Positions 41,071-50,276 of a stretch of DNA of 64,000 nt are shown here, one piece after another (position 1 is the stretch's first letter; each line of letters begins with the position of its first letter). The notes beneath the pieces were generated by a model. The model was not told the origin of the DNA. It worked only from the letters and a program-made list of their open reading frames with translations, and ran no database searches. The translations under genes were made by a program, and so were the position numbers. The stretch comes from an uncultured bacterium (GTDB lineage Bacteria; Fidelibacterota; Marinisomatia; Marinisomatales; JACNKV01), in assembly GCA_964645915.1 (NCBI GenBank), contig CAZYDH010000001.1, positions 76,573 through 140,572 on the forward strand, written 5' to 3'.

Positions 41071-42162
41071 ATGAGAATACTTTATATTTCTCCAGAAAAT
41101 ACAGTTGGGACTTTAAGAACATGGAAAAAAGCACACAAAGCCAAAGGGAATACGTGTGATTTTGTAACACTTTATCAATCAAAACATCAATACGATCCCG
41201 GTATTTGTTTGGACCTTCCGATGATTAATACACAATCATGGTATTTAAAAGGGAGGCATCTCTATTATCAAGCCTATCGTGGAACCCATGGAGACCACCA
41301 TGAAAAAACCGGATATCCGCCAACTTGGGAACCCAATTCATATTTAGAAAACCTCTATTTTAAATTTCGAGATTGGGTATGGCATTTTAAAATTGAACCT
41401 GCTATTCGTCGATATAACTTATTGGATTATGATGTTTATCATTTTGAATGGGGGATGGATCTTTATCGAGACGGTCGATTTGCTCAAAAAATAGCAGCAC
41501 TTGGGAAACCGATTGTTTGTACTTATCATGGTCAGGATTTGAGGACACGAGGTGTAATCCCTCAAATGGATAAATTGAGTCAATTGAATCTTACCAGCGA
41601 ATTGGATTTGTTGCAAAAACATCCAAATCTTCACTATATGTTTTTACCCTTTGAGACGGATCAATTTGATAATCAACCTGTAGAAGATGAGAAGATTCGA
41701 ATATGTCACAGCCCAACAAATCGTTACTATAAAGGCAGTGAAGTTATTATTCCGATCTGTGAAAGAATTGCTAATGAAAATGAACATGTAGAATTTATTT
41801 TGATTGAGAACACGCCTTATGATGAAACAATCAGGTTAAAACAAAAGAGTGATATTTTGGTCGATCAAATTTTTAACCGAGGAGGTTGGGGATATGGAAT
41901 GAACTCGATCGAAGCCCTGTCCCTGGGATTGTGTTGCGCAACAGAACTAAATTCCGAGTATATTAGTTTTATTCCGGATCATCCGTTTGTAAATGTAAAT
42001 AATAGCAATTTATACGAGAAGCTAACTAAACTGATCAATGATCCGGAGGGATTAAAAACCAAGAAAGAACAATCTAAAGAGTGGGTAAAAACCAATCACA
42101 ATCTTCATAATGTTGCCGACAAACTTTATCAATATTATGAAACCATCTTGGGGATAAAATAA
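41071..42162 (+). CDS. putative glycosyltransferase (GT-B C-terminal Rossmann-like)
   Basis: 363 aa. The C-terminal half (KGSEVIIPICERIA...FILIENTPYDETIRLKQKSDILVDQIF...GYGMNSIEALSLGLCCATEL) fits a GT1/GT4-type donor-binding domain. The N-terminal half is unrecognised. Confidence 0.5.
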   Translation: MRILYISPENTVGTLRTWKKAHKAKGNTCDFVTLYQSKHQYDPGICLDLPMINTQSWYLKGRHLYYQAYRGTHGDHHEKTGYPPTWEPNSYLENLYFKFRDWVWHFKIEPAIRRYNLLDYDVYHFEWGMDLYRDGRFAQKIAALGKPIVCTYHGQDLRTRGVIPQMDKLSQLNLTSELDLLQKHPNLHYMFLPFETDQFDNQPVEDEKIRICHSPTNRYYKGSEVIIPICERIANENEHVEFILIENTPYDETIRLKQKSDILVDQIFNRGGWGYGMNSIEALSLGLCCATELNSEYISFIPDHPFVNVNNSNLYEKLTKLINDPEGLKTKKEQSKEWVKTNHNLHNVADKLYQYYETILGIK

Positions 42163-42163
42163 T

Positions 42164-43285
42164 ATGAAATTGAATGTGGTGTCTTTTGACGTTCCCTATC
42201 CACCGGATTATGGTGGAGTAATAGATGTATTCTATAAATTAAAAGCTCTTTATGATGAAGGGGTTGAAATCGATTTACATTGTTTCCAATATGGTCGTAA
42301 TGAATCTAATCAATTAGAAAAGATTTGTTCCAATGTTTATTACTATAGACGATATAGAAATCCATTTTTATATCTGCATCAAAAGCCTTTTGTTGTGAAC
42401 TCCAGAGCAAACAAATCATTGGGACGTTCTTTAGCTAAAAATAATGCACCGATCTTATTTGAAGGACTTCATTCATGTTATTATTTATCTGATCTTCGTT
42501 TAAAAGACAGGTTCAAAATTGTTCGAATGCACAATATTGAACATCACTATTATCAGCAACTTTCTGAAGCAGAACCCAATCGACTAATGAAACATTATTT
42601 AGCAACAGAAAGCAAAAAACTGAAACGATTTGAGTCTATATTAACAGATTCAAATTTTATTGCAGCCATTTCAGAGAATGACACCGAGTATTTGCACTCA
42701 AAATATGACTCGGTATTTCACTTACCTATTTTTCATGGGAACACAACTGTGAATATTAAACCAGGGCATGGAAAGTATGCTCTGTATCATGGAAATTTGT
42801 CAGTTAGTGAGAATGAAAAAGCAGCACTATTTCTGATAGAAAACATTTTCAACGATCTAGATGTAAAATTTTATATCGCCGGGCATAATCCTTCGAATAC
42901 TATTATAAACTCTGCTCAAAAGTATTCTAATATTGTTGTAATGAAAAACCTCGCTCCTGCAGAGTTGTATGATTTAGTACACAATGCCCAAATAAATGTT
43001 TTACCAACATTTCAAGCGACGGGTATAAAGTTAAAAGTGATTAACGCGCTATTTAATGGGCGCCACTGCCTTGTGAACAAGGAAATGATAACGGATTCAA
43101 AATTGAGTTCTTGTTGTGAGGTTGCTGATACTGTAGAAGAGATGAAATCCAGCATCTTGAGATGTATGAAAAAAGAGATTTCACAACAGTCCTTGGAAAG
43201 CAGACAGCAACTTTTACAAAATCAATATTCAAATTCAAAAAATATAAAGATACTCCTAAATACGGTTTTTGCATCAAAAATATAA
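42164..43285 (+). CDS. glycosyltransferase family 1-like
   Basis: 373 aa. The N-terminus is DVPYPPDYGGVIDVFYKLKALYDEGVEIDLHCF and the C-terminal Rossmann-like region is INVLPTFQATGIKLKVINALFNGRHCLVN. It lies 1 nt after the upstream gene. Confidence 0.65.
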   Translation: MKLNVVSFDVPYPPDYGGVIDVFYKLKALYDEGVEIDLHCFQYGRNESNQLEKICSNVYYYRRYRNPFLYLHQKPFVVNSRANKSLGRSLAKNNAPILFEGLHSCYYLSDLRLKDRFKIVRMHNIEHHYYQQLSEAEPNRLMKHYLATESKKLKRFESILTDSNFIAAISENDTEYLHSKYDSVFHLPIFHGNTTVNIKPGHGKYALYHGNLSVSENEKAALFLIENIFNDLDVKFYIAGHNPSNTIINSAQKYSNIVVMKNLAPAELYDLVHNAQINVLPTFQATGIKLKVINALFNGRHCLVNKEMITDSKLSSCCEVADTVEEMKSSILRCMKKEISQQSLESRQQLLQNQYSNSKNIKILLNTVFASKI

Positions 43286-43433
43286 AAAATGTTGCAATAT
43301 CTCGAATTATATGTAAATTTCCATGATTATAAAGGTATTACACTGCAAAGATTACTGAACATAAAAAAACTTGATAAACGGGGGTGGGAATAGTGCCCCT
43401 GTTTTTGTTGATAAACAAACCAAGGAGGTAATT

Positions 43434-43643
43434 ATGGCTGATGTAAGCGCAACAGTGCAAAACGTAGTCAAAGGACTTGTGAGCTTAATAAAAGGGTTAG
43501 TAGTACTCTTTGTTTTTGCAAACATAATCTACGCAACGGGATTTGATCCGGTTGGAGGAATTGTTGATCTTGTCAATGCATTCCTCGATGGGGGATTCCC
43601 GGGCTTGTTAGCCCTGCTGTTCTTTATTTCTTTTCTGGACTAA
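43434..43643 (+). CDS. small two-TM membrane protein, paralogue A
   Basis: 69 aa from an ATG preceded by AAGGAGG (43422-43428, 5-nt spacer); the ORF-track TTG start at 43371 is rejected. It has two hydrophobic helices and the motif DGGFPGLLALLFFISF, shared with the next gene. Confidence 0.7.
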   Translation: MADVSATVQNVVKGLVSLIKGLVVLFVFANIIYATGFDPVGGIVDLVNAFLDGGFPGLLALLFFISFLD

Positions 43644-43686
43644 CCACTTAAGATAAATCTGTTAACTCAGATTAATGGAGGAACAA

Positions 43687-43902
43687 ATGAAAAACGCTTT
43701 TGAATTCGTTAATAAATGGCTTGGTGAATTAGTGGAATTACTTAAAACACTAATCGTCGTCGGTGTAATTGTTGGAATTCTTTTTGATGATTACTTCGGT
43801 GTTATAGCCGGGATAGGACGAGTCGTTGGTCAATTCGGTGATGGCGGATTGGCTGGATTACTGGCGTTGATCATCATAGCAATGTGGTATCAGAAGAAGT
43901 AA
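43687..43902 (+). CDS. small two-TM membrane protein, paralogue B
   Basis: 71 aa from an ATG preceded by GGAGGA (43677-43682); an alternative ATG is at 43675. It aligns along its whole length with paralogue A (V.K.L..LV.L.K.L.V...DGG..GLLAL). Confidence 0.7.
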   Translation: MKNAFEFVNKWLGELVELLKTLIVVGVIVGILFDDYFGVIAGIGRVVGQFGDGGLAGLLALIIIAMWYQKK

Positions 43903-43918
43903 GCCAAACACCTTAAAA

Positions 43919-43946
43919 TAGCGCCTCAACAGAGGCGCTATTTTTC
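43919..43946 (+). terminator. intrinsic terminator after the small-protein pair
   Basis: Perfect hairpin GCGCCTC-AACA-GAGGCGC (43921-43938) followed by TATTTTT. Confidence 0.8.
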
Positions 43947-43972
43947 TTTTAACCTGTAATTGTAGATTATAT

Positions 43973-44800
43973 ATGAATAAAATATTTGCCAATATCTTGT
44001 TTTGGGGAATCTCGATTGTTCAAATGAATATTTGTTTAGGTGCTTTTGAACATGTCCCATTATCAACAATGGGATTAAGCACTGGAAGGATCGTTGAGTT
44101 ACCTGTTGTCCATCCAGTAGATGTAATGACCCATCCTGCATTACTTGCAAATCCGAGTGAACGAGCAGAGGTCTTGTGGGGTCGGTTGTTTAATCAACCT
44201 AATTTGAATTATGGTTATTGTGCCGGCGTGATGTCTACACCATTTGCAAATATGGGCGTTTTAGGTGGAACATTCGGAAACCAAATATATCGAGAAACAA
44301 TCTTTGCCTTCTCTGTAGGAAAGTCATGGAAAGAAAAATTGCAATTTGGAACAACCGTATCGGTTTATCACTTACAAATAGGTAAATATGGCTCAGCACA
44401 GACTTTTGGACTAAATGTATCATGGCGGTATGTTATCGTTGATAAATTTGTGTGGTCAACCCGTCTAAAAAATATTAATGCGCCTACTCTTGGCGTAAAT
44501 GGCGATCGGTTATCACAAAATATCTCTACCGGAATTAGTACAACGCTTCATGAAAGAATATTTGCGTCAGTTGAATGGGCGCATGATCTGGATTTTGAAA
44601 GAAGTCTTAATTTTGGTATAATATACTTTCCATTAAAAAATATTGGAATATCATCCGGTTTTTGTTCCTTCCCAACAGAAATTACTGCCGGATTATTTTT
44701 TAGAAAAAATCGTTTATATATTGAATATGCAGCTTCAATCAATCAGAAAATATATCGAATCTCACAGCAGATTAGCCTGGGTTTATCTTTCCCTCGTTAA
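43973..44800 (+). CDS. outer-membrane beta-barrel, PorQ/PorV-like (tentative)
   Basis: 275 aa with a signal peptide (ILFWGISIVQMNICLGA). The N-terminal stretch GLSTGRIVELPVVHPVDVMTHPALLAN resembles the ...NPAGLA motif region of PorV/PorQ barrels. There is an alternating beta pattern to the C-terminus (ISLGLSFPR). Confidence 0.45.
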   Translation: MNKIFANILFWGISIVQMNICLGAFEHVPLSTMGLSTGRIVELPVVHPVDVMTHPALLANPSERAEVLWGRLFNQPNLNYGYCAGVMSTPFANMGVLGGTFGNQIYRETIFAFSVGKSWKEKLQFGTTVSVYHLQIGKYGSAQTFGLNVSWRYVIVDKFVWSTRLKNINAPTLGVNGDRLSQNISTGISTTLHERIFASVEWAHDLDFERSLNFGIIYFPLKNIGISSGFCSFPTEITAGLFFRKNRLYIEYAASINQKIYRISQQISLGLSFPR

Positions 44801-46511
44801 TAGTTGTCTTTGTAATTCGACTCAAATATTCTTCTCTGAACTCGGCCTTGATCCGGAAGATAATATTTCTGAAGAAGAAATAATTATTATTGAACAACTG
44901 CCGTACATCAACGAGCCTGAAATATGGATTCCGCTTGTAGAATCCTTGTCATTTATTACTGAAGAGGACATTCAACTACTTCGCCTATATAATAATTCGA
45001 TACCGGAATCGTTACTGAAGATGCATCCAAACGCATCTCCCCAATGCCAAGCTGTTCTTGAGCGAATTGGAAGTAGAACTAAACAAAAACAAACCATTTT
45101 AAACCTAAAACAAGCAATGGTTAAAAACGATGATATTAAATATCAATGGCGATTACAATGGAAGAAAGACAACCTTACAGCCGGAGCAATGATTGAACGT
45201 GATCCAAACGAGAAAGACCTCCTTGATTATTTGTCCATGTACCTAAAAGGAGAAGCGGGTCGAGCCAAATGGATAGTTGGAGACCATCAAATAAAAGCAG
45301 GATATGGATTAAATATTTGGGGAGGGTATCCAAAACAAAAAGGGTTTGAAACTATCAACATATTACCAAGATATGGCAGAGGACTCTCTGCATATCGATC
45401 CAGTCATGAATCGTGGGGATTTAGAGGGTTGGGTTTTGCTTTGTTAACAGATCATGGACAATGGACCGTGTCCGTCGGTAGAAATTATCGAGACGGGACG
45501 GTAGATAAAAATATAATTCATTTGTTTGATGATGGATATCATGATACGGAACTCGCTATTTCAAGAAAAAACAAGATCAAAGAAACAACAGTTTCAGGGA
45601 TGTGGCATTTCCAAAACAAATCAATGTATCTCGGATTGTCGACTTCTTATGGAAGAAGGAACATTAAAGATTTTAACGAAACCAAAAAGGCAATTTCGAT
45701 CTTTGGTGAATATAATAAACCTTATGGAAAGATATTTAGCGAAGCATGCAAAACTGATAATGGTACCGGTTTAATATTGGGAACACTGTTAAGAAATAAG
45801 TTGATCAGCTATGTCTCTTCCCTAAGGATCTACTCTGACGGGTATGGTAGTTTGCGCTCAAATCCGATGGCTGAGTGGGCGGGCGCCACAATGGGAGAGT
45901 CTGGTGTATATCAAGGATTAAGACTATCTACAAAACACATAAAAGTTGTTGTGTTTGGTGATTGGTATTCCGAAAGTAATATCACTCCACGAATAGGATA
46001 CGAAAGTGGGATAAGAGCAGATTGGAAGAGAGAACGAAATAAAATACGATTTCAATGGAAGACAGAAGAGAAGACAATTGAGGATGGTGGAAATTGGGAG
46101 CCCAATAGCTTAAACTCAACGGTCAAAAGAGAGACATATAAAATTGTTGGTGTTACAAAAATAACAAATAAGTTGAGTTTCCGCGGACAACTTATTCAAA
46201 CTATTGCATTTGAAGAGAAAGGAAAATGTGTTGAGCTTCAAACAATCTACAAACATCGTGCACTTTCATTTTGGATTCAAGGCATTGTATCAAAAATTCC
46301 GGACTATACATCAAGAATTTATGTGTGGGCGTTGAACCTACCAGGAGAAATGCGAAGTCGGATGTATTCAGATTCCGGAATTTCTCTATCATGTAAAACT
46401 ATGTATGAGAAAGAAAAATATCGTTTTGGTGCACGGACATCTTTGGATTATATACCAGAAACAAAAAGCGTTACACATGACCATGCAATTATTATTGAGG
46501 TAAGTTTATAA
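44727..46511 (+). CDS. outer-membrane protein of unknown function with possible N-terminal helix-hairpin-helix-like region
   Basis: The ORF is open from 44643. The ATG at 44727 gives a signal/lipobox-like N-terminus (RLAWVYLSLVNSC), and either start overlaps the upstream gene. The C-terminal ~450 aa are beta-rich with many aromatic-x-aromatic strands. Confidence 0.5.
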   Translation: MQLQSIRKYIESHSRLAWVYLSLVNSCLCNSTQIFFSELGLDPEDNISEEEIIIIEQLPYINEPEIWIPLVESLSFITEEDIQLLRLYNNSIPESLLKMHPNASPQCQAVLERIGSRTKQKQTILNLKQAMVKNDDIKYQWRLQWKKDNLTAGAMIERDPNEKDLLDYLSMYLKGEAGRAKWIVGDHQIKAGYGLNIWGGYPKQKGFETINILPRYGRGLSAYRSSHESWGFRGLGFALLTDHGQWTVSVGRNYRDGTVDKNIIHLFDDGYHDTELAISRKNKIKETTVSGMWHFQNKSMYLGLSTSYGRRNIKDFNETKKAISIFGEYNKPYGKIFSEACKTDNGTGLILGTLLRNKLISYVSSLRIYSDGYGSLRSNPMAEWAGATMGESGVYQGLRLSTKHIKVVVFGDWYSESNITPRIGYESGIRADWKRERNKIRFQWKTEEKTIEDGGNWEPNSLNSTVKRETYKIVGVTKITNKLSFRGQLIQTIAFEEKGKCVELQTIYKHRALSFWIQGIVSKIPDYTSRIYVWALNLPGEMRSRMYSDSGISLSCKTMYEKEKYRFGARTSLDYIPETKSVTHDHAIIIEVSL

Positions 46512-46564
46512 TTAATTGGTTCTAACCTTGCCATAGAATCATCCTAACAGATAAATTGTCTGCC

Positions 46565-48046
46565 ATGAATTTCCGCAGATATTTCCTTTTTATCATTTTT
46601 CTGGTGAGTTACGCTACTGCCTCTATTCAGGTGATTAATCGTACAGAGCAGCTGGAAGATGAAATAAAGACATTGGCAAAGATGACAGGAACCTACATTT
46701 CTGTGATTGATCTTGCCCGTACGCTTTCAACACATCTATATAAAAACGATGAACGAGAAAAGGTCGTTTTATATATTGGTGATCATCGCATTAAAATATC
46801 CGCTGAATCCGGCTATATCATTGTCAATGGCGAAGGTTACCAAATGCCGATGTCAGCAATTGGAAGATCCGGCGATATATTTCTCCCGGCAGAAGCGTTC
46901 TTTTCCATCTTGCGATCGACAGCCTTGCCGGGAATCCATTACGATTCGCATAAACAAATCTTAGAGTTTCAACTGACAAAGTTTAATGTGAATTCCCTCA
47001 CGATTGATGAAAAAACAAACGGAACGATATTACGGATCAAAACAAGTAAATATTTTGATGATGGAGACATCAGTGTTTTTAAACATCAAAACGGTTGGTT
47101 CTATGTTACTATTAACGGCGGTCTGGTGGATGCAGCTGAAATGCAACGAACAGAAACTCGTGGGGTAGTTCAGCAAGTAACATACGATCAAATGAAAGAA
47201 TCCGCACAGTTAGCATTAAAGCTACGGTCTGATATTGAAGGATATGAATTTTATCAAAGTCACGATCCAAATGAAATTGTCGTTACGTTGAGAAGTCCAC
47301 TTTCAAAAAGCGCAGCTCGGATTCTTTCCGTAAAAAATCGTTGGAGAATGGATAAAGTAGTCTTAGATGCAGGACATGGAGGTAAAGATGGTGGTGCCGT
47401 CGGAAAATATGGAACAAAAGAAAAAGATATAACACTGGATATTACAAAACGCATCGGGATGTTGCTGGAGAAAAACACACGAACAAAAGTAGTTTATACT
47501 CGAGATGAGGACGTATTCATTCCTTTATGGAAACGAACAAAGATTGCCAACGAAAATGATGGAAAATTATTTATTAGTATCCATATCAACGCCAATCCGA
47601 ATCGCAATGTGCGTGGTTATGAAACTTATTTATTGAAACCGGGTAAAACCGATGACGCAATTGAAGTATCCTCTCGTGAAAACTCAGTGATCAATTTGGA
47701 AAAAACAGGAAAAAAGAAATATGAATCTCTGACGGGTGAAAATTTGATCATGGCGACAATGGCACAGGCAATGTTTATGAAAGAAAGTGAAGATTTTGCT
47801 GCAATTGTTCAATCCGAATTGTCTAAAAAAATAAACTCAAAAAACAGAGGAGTGAAACAAGCAGGTTTTTATGTGCTAATTGGAGCGAGCATGCCAAACG
47901 TATTGGTTGAAGTCGGATTTTTATCTAATCCAGGTGAAGAAAAAAAATTAAAGAAATCGGCTTATCGACAAAAAATTGCAGAAGGTATTTATAAAGCAAT
48001 TCTTAAGTTTAAAACTTCTCGTGAAAAAATGTTGGCAGAAGGATAA
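46565..48046 (+). CDS. N-acetylmuramoyl-L-alanine amidase (Amidase_3, AmiC-like) with AMIN-like N-terminal domain
   Basis: Signal peptide (FLFIIFLVSYATA). The AMIN-like segment is TIDEKTNGTILRIKTSKYF...GWFYVTINGG. The catalytic domain has VVLDAGHGGKDGGAVG, SIHINAN and VLVEVGFLSNPGEE. Confidence 0.88.
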   Translation: MNFRRYFLFIIFLVSYATASIQVINRTEQLEDEIKTLAKMTGTYISVIDLARTLSTHLYKNDEREKVVLYIGDHRIKISAESGYIIVNGEGYQMPMSAIGRSGDIFLPAEAFFSILRSTALPGIHYDSHKQILEFQLTKFNVNSLTIDEKTNGTILRIKTSKYFDDGDISVFKHQNGWFYVTINGGLVDAAEMQRTETRGVVQQVTYDQMKESAQLALKLRSDIEGYEFYQSHDPNEIVVTLRSPLSKSAARILSVKNRWRMDKVVLDAGHGGKDGGAVGKYGTKEKDITLDITKRIGMLLEKNTRTKVVYTRDEDVFIPLWKRTKIANENDGKLFISIHINANPNRNVRGYETYLLKPGKTDDAIEVSSRENSVINLEKTGKKKYESLTGENLIMATMAQAMFMKESEDFAAIVQSELSKKINSKNRGVKQAGFYVLIGASMPNVLVEVGFLSNPGEEKKLKKSAYRQKIAEGIYKAILKFKTSREKMLAEG

Positions 48047-48063
48047 TAACATTGAAAAAAAAG

Positions 48064-48864
48064 ATGAATAATAATCCAATCGGTATTTTTGACTCAGGTT
48101 TAGGAGGGCTAACAGTCGTAAAAGCTATCCGCAAAGCACTACCAAATGAGTCAGTAGTTTACTTGGGAGATACAGCCAGAGTTCCTTACGGGAATAAAAG
48201 TGAAAAACTCATTCAGGAGTATTCTTTACAAATTGCTGATTTTTTAATCAATAAAGGTGCAAAAATGATTGTGGTCGCCTGCAACACTGCTTCTGCACTG
48301 GCCCTGGATACATTAATTAAAAAAATTGACATACCGATTATTGGTGTCATCGAGCCCGGAGCCGTAGCTGCAATTAAAACCACAAAGAACCGGCATGTCG
48401 GCGTGATCGGAACAATTGCCACAATCTCATCGGGGGCCTATCAAGAAGCACTTCTTCAGCAGAGCAAGGATGTCATTGTTGAAAGCAAAGAATGTCCATT
48501 GTTTGTACCACTTGTTGAAGAAGGCTGGTTAAACGAAAAAGCTACCAAGTTGATTGTGCATGAATATTTGGATGAGTTAAAAGAGAAATCAATTGACACG
48601 TTAATTTTAGGATGCACACATTATCCTCTTTTAAAGCCGACCATCAACCAAGCTTTGGATGGCGAAGTCACACTCGTGGATTCCGCGGATGTGGTCGCCG
48701 ATAAAACAGCCGTTATTCTCAAGGAAAAACAATTATCATCTGACATATCCGACGAAGGAGAGTTGCAGTGTTATGTAACCGATCTACCTGCACGTTTTCA
48801 GAACGTTGCTGAGCGTTTCCTTGGAGAAGCCATTCATCAAGCGGAGACGGTTCACCTTCCATAA
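48064..48864 (+). CDS. murI: glutamate racemase
   Basis: PIGIFDSGLGGLTV, VVACNTASA and LGCTHYPLL (both catalytic Cys motifs). The ATG at 48064 is preferred over the TTG at 48052. Confidence 0.93.
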   Translation: MNNNPIGIFDSGLGGLTVVKAIRKALPNESVVYLGDTARVPYGNKSEKLIQEYSLQIADFLINKGAKMIVVACNTASALALDTLIKKIDIPIIGVIEPGAVAAIKTTKNRHVGVIGTIATISSGAYQEALLQQSKDVIVESKECPLFVPLVEEGWLNEKATKLIVHEYLDELKEKSIDTLILGCTHYPLLKPTINQALDGEVTLVDSADVVADKTAVILKEKQLSSDISDEGELQCYVTDLPARFQNVAERFLGEAIHQAETVHLP

Positions 48865-48923
48865 GTACCGAACCTTTTTTCTTAGGCAACCGAAAGAGAA
48901 AGAAATTGAAGGTTACAGACGAC

Positions 48924-50180
48924 ATGAGAAACCTGCTAAATTACCTTTATGGTCTTGAGCGGAAAGGTATTAAAGTTGGATTAAAGCACACCAAAGAATT
49001 GTTAAAACGATGTGGAAATCCGGAAAAATCTTTTCGGATAATTCATGTGGCTGGAACAAATGGCAAAGGCTCAACATGTGTAATGATTGCAGCAATCCTG
49101 CGCGAATATGGATTGAAGGTTGGACTGTATACATCTCCACACTTAATCAATTTTAACGAACGAGTTCGCGTAAACAGCACCCCGATTCTTGATGAAGATA
49201 TAGTGGAATTTGTTCATCGATATCAGGCGGATATCAAAGAGATCGAGTCCACTTTTTTTGAAACAACGACCGCTTTAGCATTTTCGTATTTTAAAAATTG
49301 TAACGTGGATGTTGCTGTTGTTGAAACAGGGTTAGGCGGACGACTTGATTCAACCAATGTAATTACTCCGGAAATATCCGTTATTACCCCCATCGGGATG
49401 GACCATACAGAATTTTTAGGGGATACTTTAATATCCATTGCAAGAGAAAAAGCAGGGATCATTAAGCCATCGGTTCCATTGGTTATGTCTGAACAAAAAA
49501 ATGAAGCCGAAAAAGTTCTTCTGGAGACCGCTAAGAAAATATCTGCATCCGTTAAACGTGTTCAATCCTCAGATTATCGAACCGTCAGTTCAGGAGTGTT
49601 CGGAACCGAATTTATCTATTTGGAAGAAAAATATTTTACTCCGTTACTGGGTGACTACCAAACCTTGAATGCGTGTACTGCAATAAAAACAGTTCAATTA
49701 TTTGAACCAATCCTCACGCGAAAAGATATCAATGCGGGATTACAAAAAACAAAATGGCCCGGACGTATTCAATTGCTGGAAACCAATCCACCTATTTATT
49801 ATGATGTTGCCCATAATGTTCATGGTATTCAGGCTGTTTTGAAATGGTTAAGTTATCAATATTCTGAAAAGCCGGTAGGCGTTTTTGTTTTAAAGGCAGA
49901 CAAAGAATTAGAAAAAATGCAGTCAATTTTATCCAATGGTTTTTCATCTTTGATCGTGACATCTGTGACTGATTCCGGATTAATGAGCGCAGAGGCTATG
50001 GAAAAATCTTTGAATGAAATCGGTATAATTCCTATTCGCGATGATGATTTTCACTTAGCCGTAAATCGATTAAAGCGATCCATATCAGAGAAGAAACCCG
50101 GATTAATATTTGGCAGTCATTATATAGCTTCTGCCGTATATGACCACTTCGATTTTTTCTTTGACAAAGGGATCATTTAA
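48924..50180 (+). CDS. folC: bifunctional folylpolyglutamate synthase / dihydrofolate synthase
   Basis: P-loop HVAGTNGKGST and Mur-ligase-like middle and C-terminal domains (VVETGLGGRLDSTNV). The ATG at 48924 is preferred over the TTG at 48906. Confidence 0.88.
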   Translation: MRNLLNYLYGLERKGIKVGLKHTKELLKRCGNPEKSFRIIHVAGTNGKGSTCVMIAAILREYGLKVGLYTSPHLINFNERVRVNSTPILDEDIVEFVHRYQADIKEIESTFFETTTALAFSYFKNCNVDVAVVETGLGGRLDSTNVITPEISVITPIGMDHTEFLGDTLISIAREKAGIIKPSVPLVMSEQKNEAEKVLLETAKKISASVKRVQSSDYRTVSSGVFGTEFIYLEEKYFTPLLGDYQTLNACTAIKTVQLFEPILTRKDINAGLQKTKWPGRIQLLETNPPIYYDVAHNVHGIQAVLKWLSYQYSEKPVGVFVLKADKELEKMQSILSNGFSSLIVTSVTDSGLMSAEAMEKSLNEIGIIPIRDDDFHLAVNRLKRSISEKKPGLIFGSHYIASAVYDHFDFFFDKGII

Positions 50181-50192
50181 TGTAATTTACCG

Positions 50193-50253
50193 TATCGGCT
50201 ATAGCCGATATACCGAAAGGTTTTATATAAATCTCTTTTTTCCCCCGGAAAAA
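50193..50253 (+). promoter_or_regulatory. two palindromes in the folC-rho intergenic leader
   Basis: An 18-nt perfect palindrome, TATCGGCTA/TAGCCGATA (50193-50210). A second hairpin, TTTTTCC-CCC-GGAAAAA (about 50235-50253), lies 24 nt before the rho ATG. Confidence 0.5.
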
Positions 50254-50276
50254 TCATAATTAAAGGACTATTTATT

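Noticed and set aside
43371-43433. TTG-initiated 90-aa version of the first small protein
   Set aside because: The extension runs through the upstream hairpin and T-run and has no ribosome-binding site. The ATG at 43434 has a strong AAGGAGG site at ideal spacing and gives a length matching its paralogue.
44643-44726. Earliest ATG (44643) as start of the 622-aa OM protein
   Set aside because: It would overlap the upstream gene by 158 nt and add a non-signal-like N-terminus. The ATG at 44727 gives a signal/lipobox-like sequence, although the true start remains uncertain.
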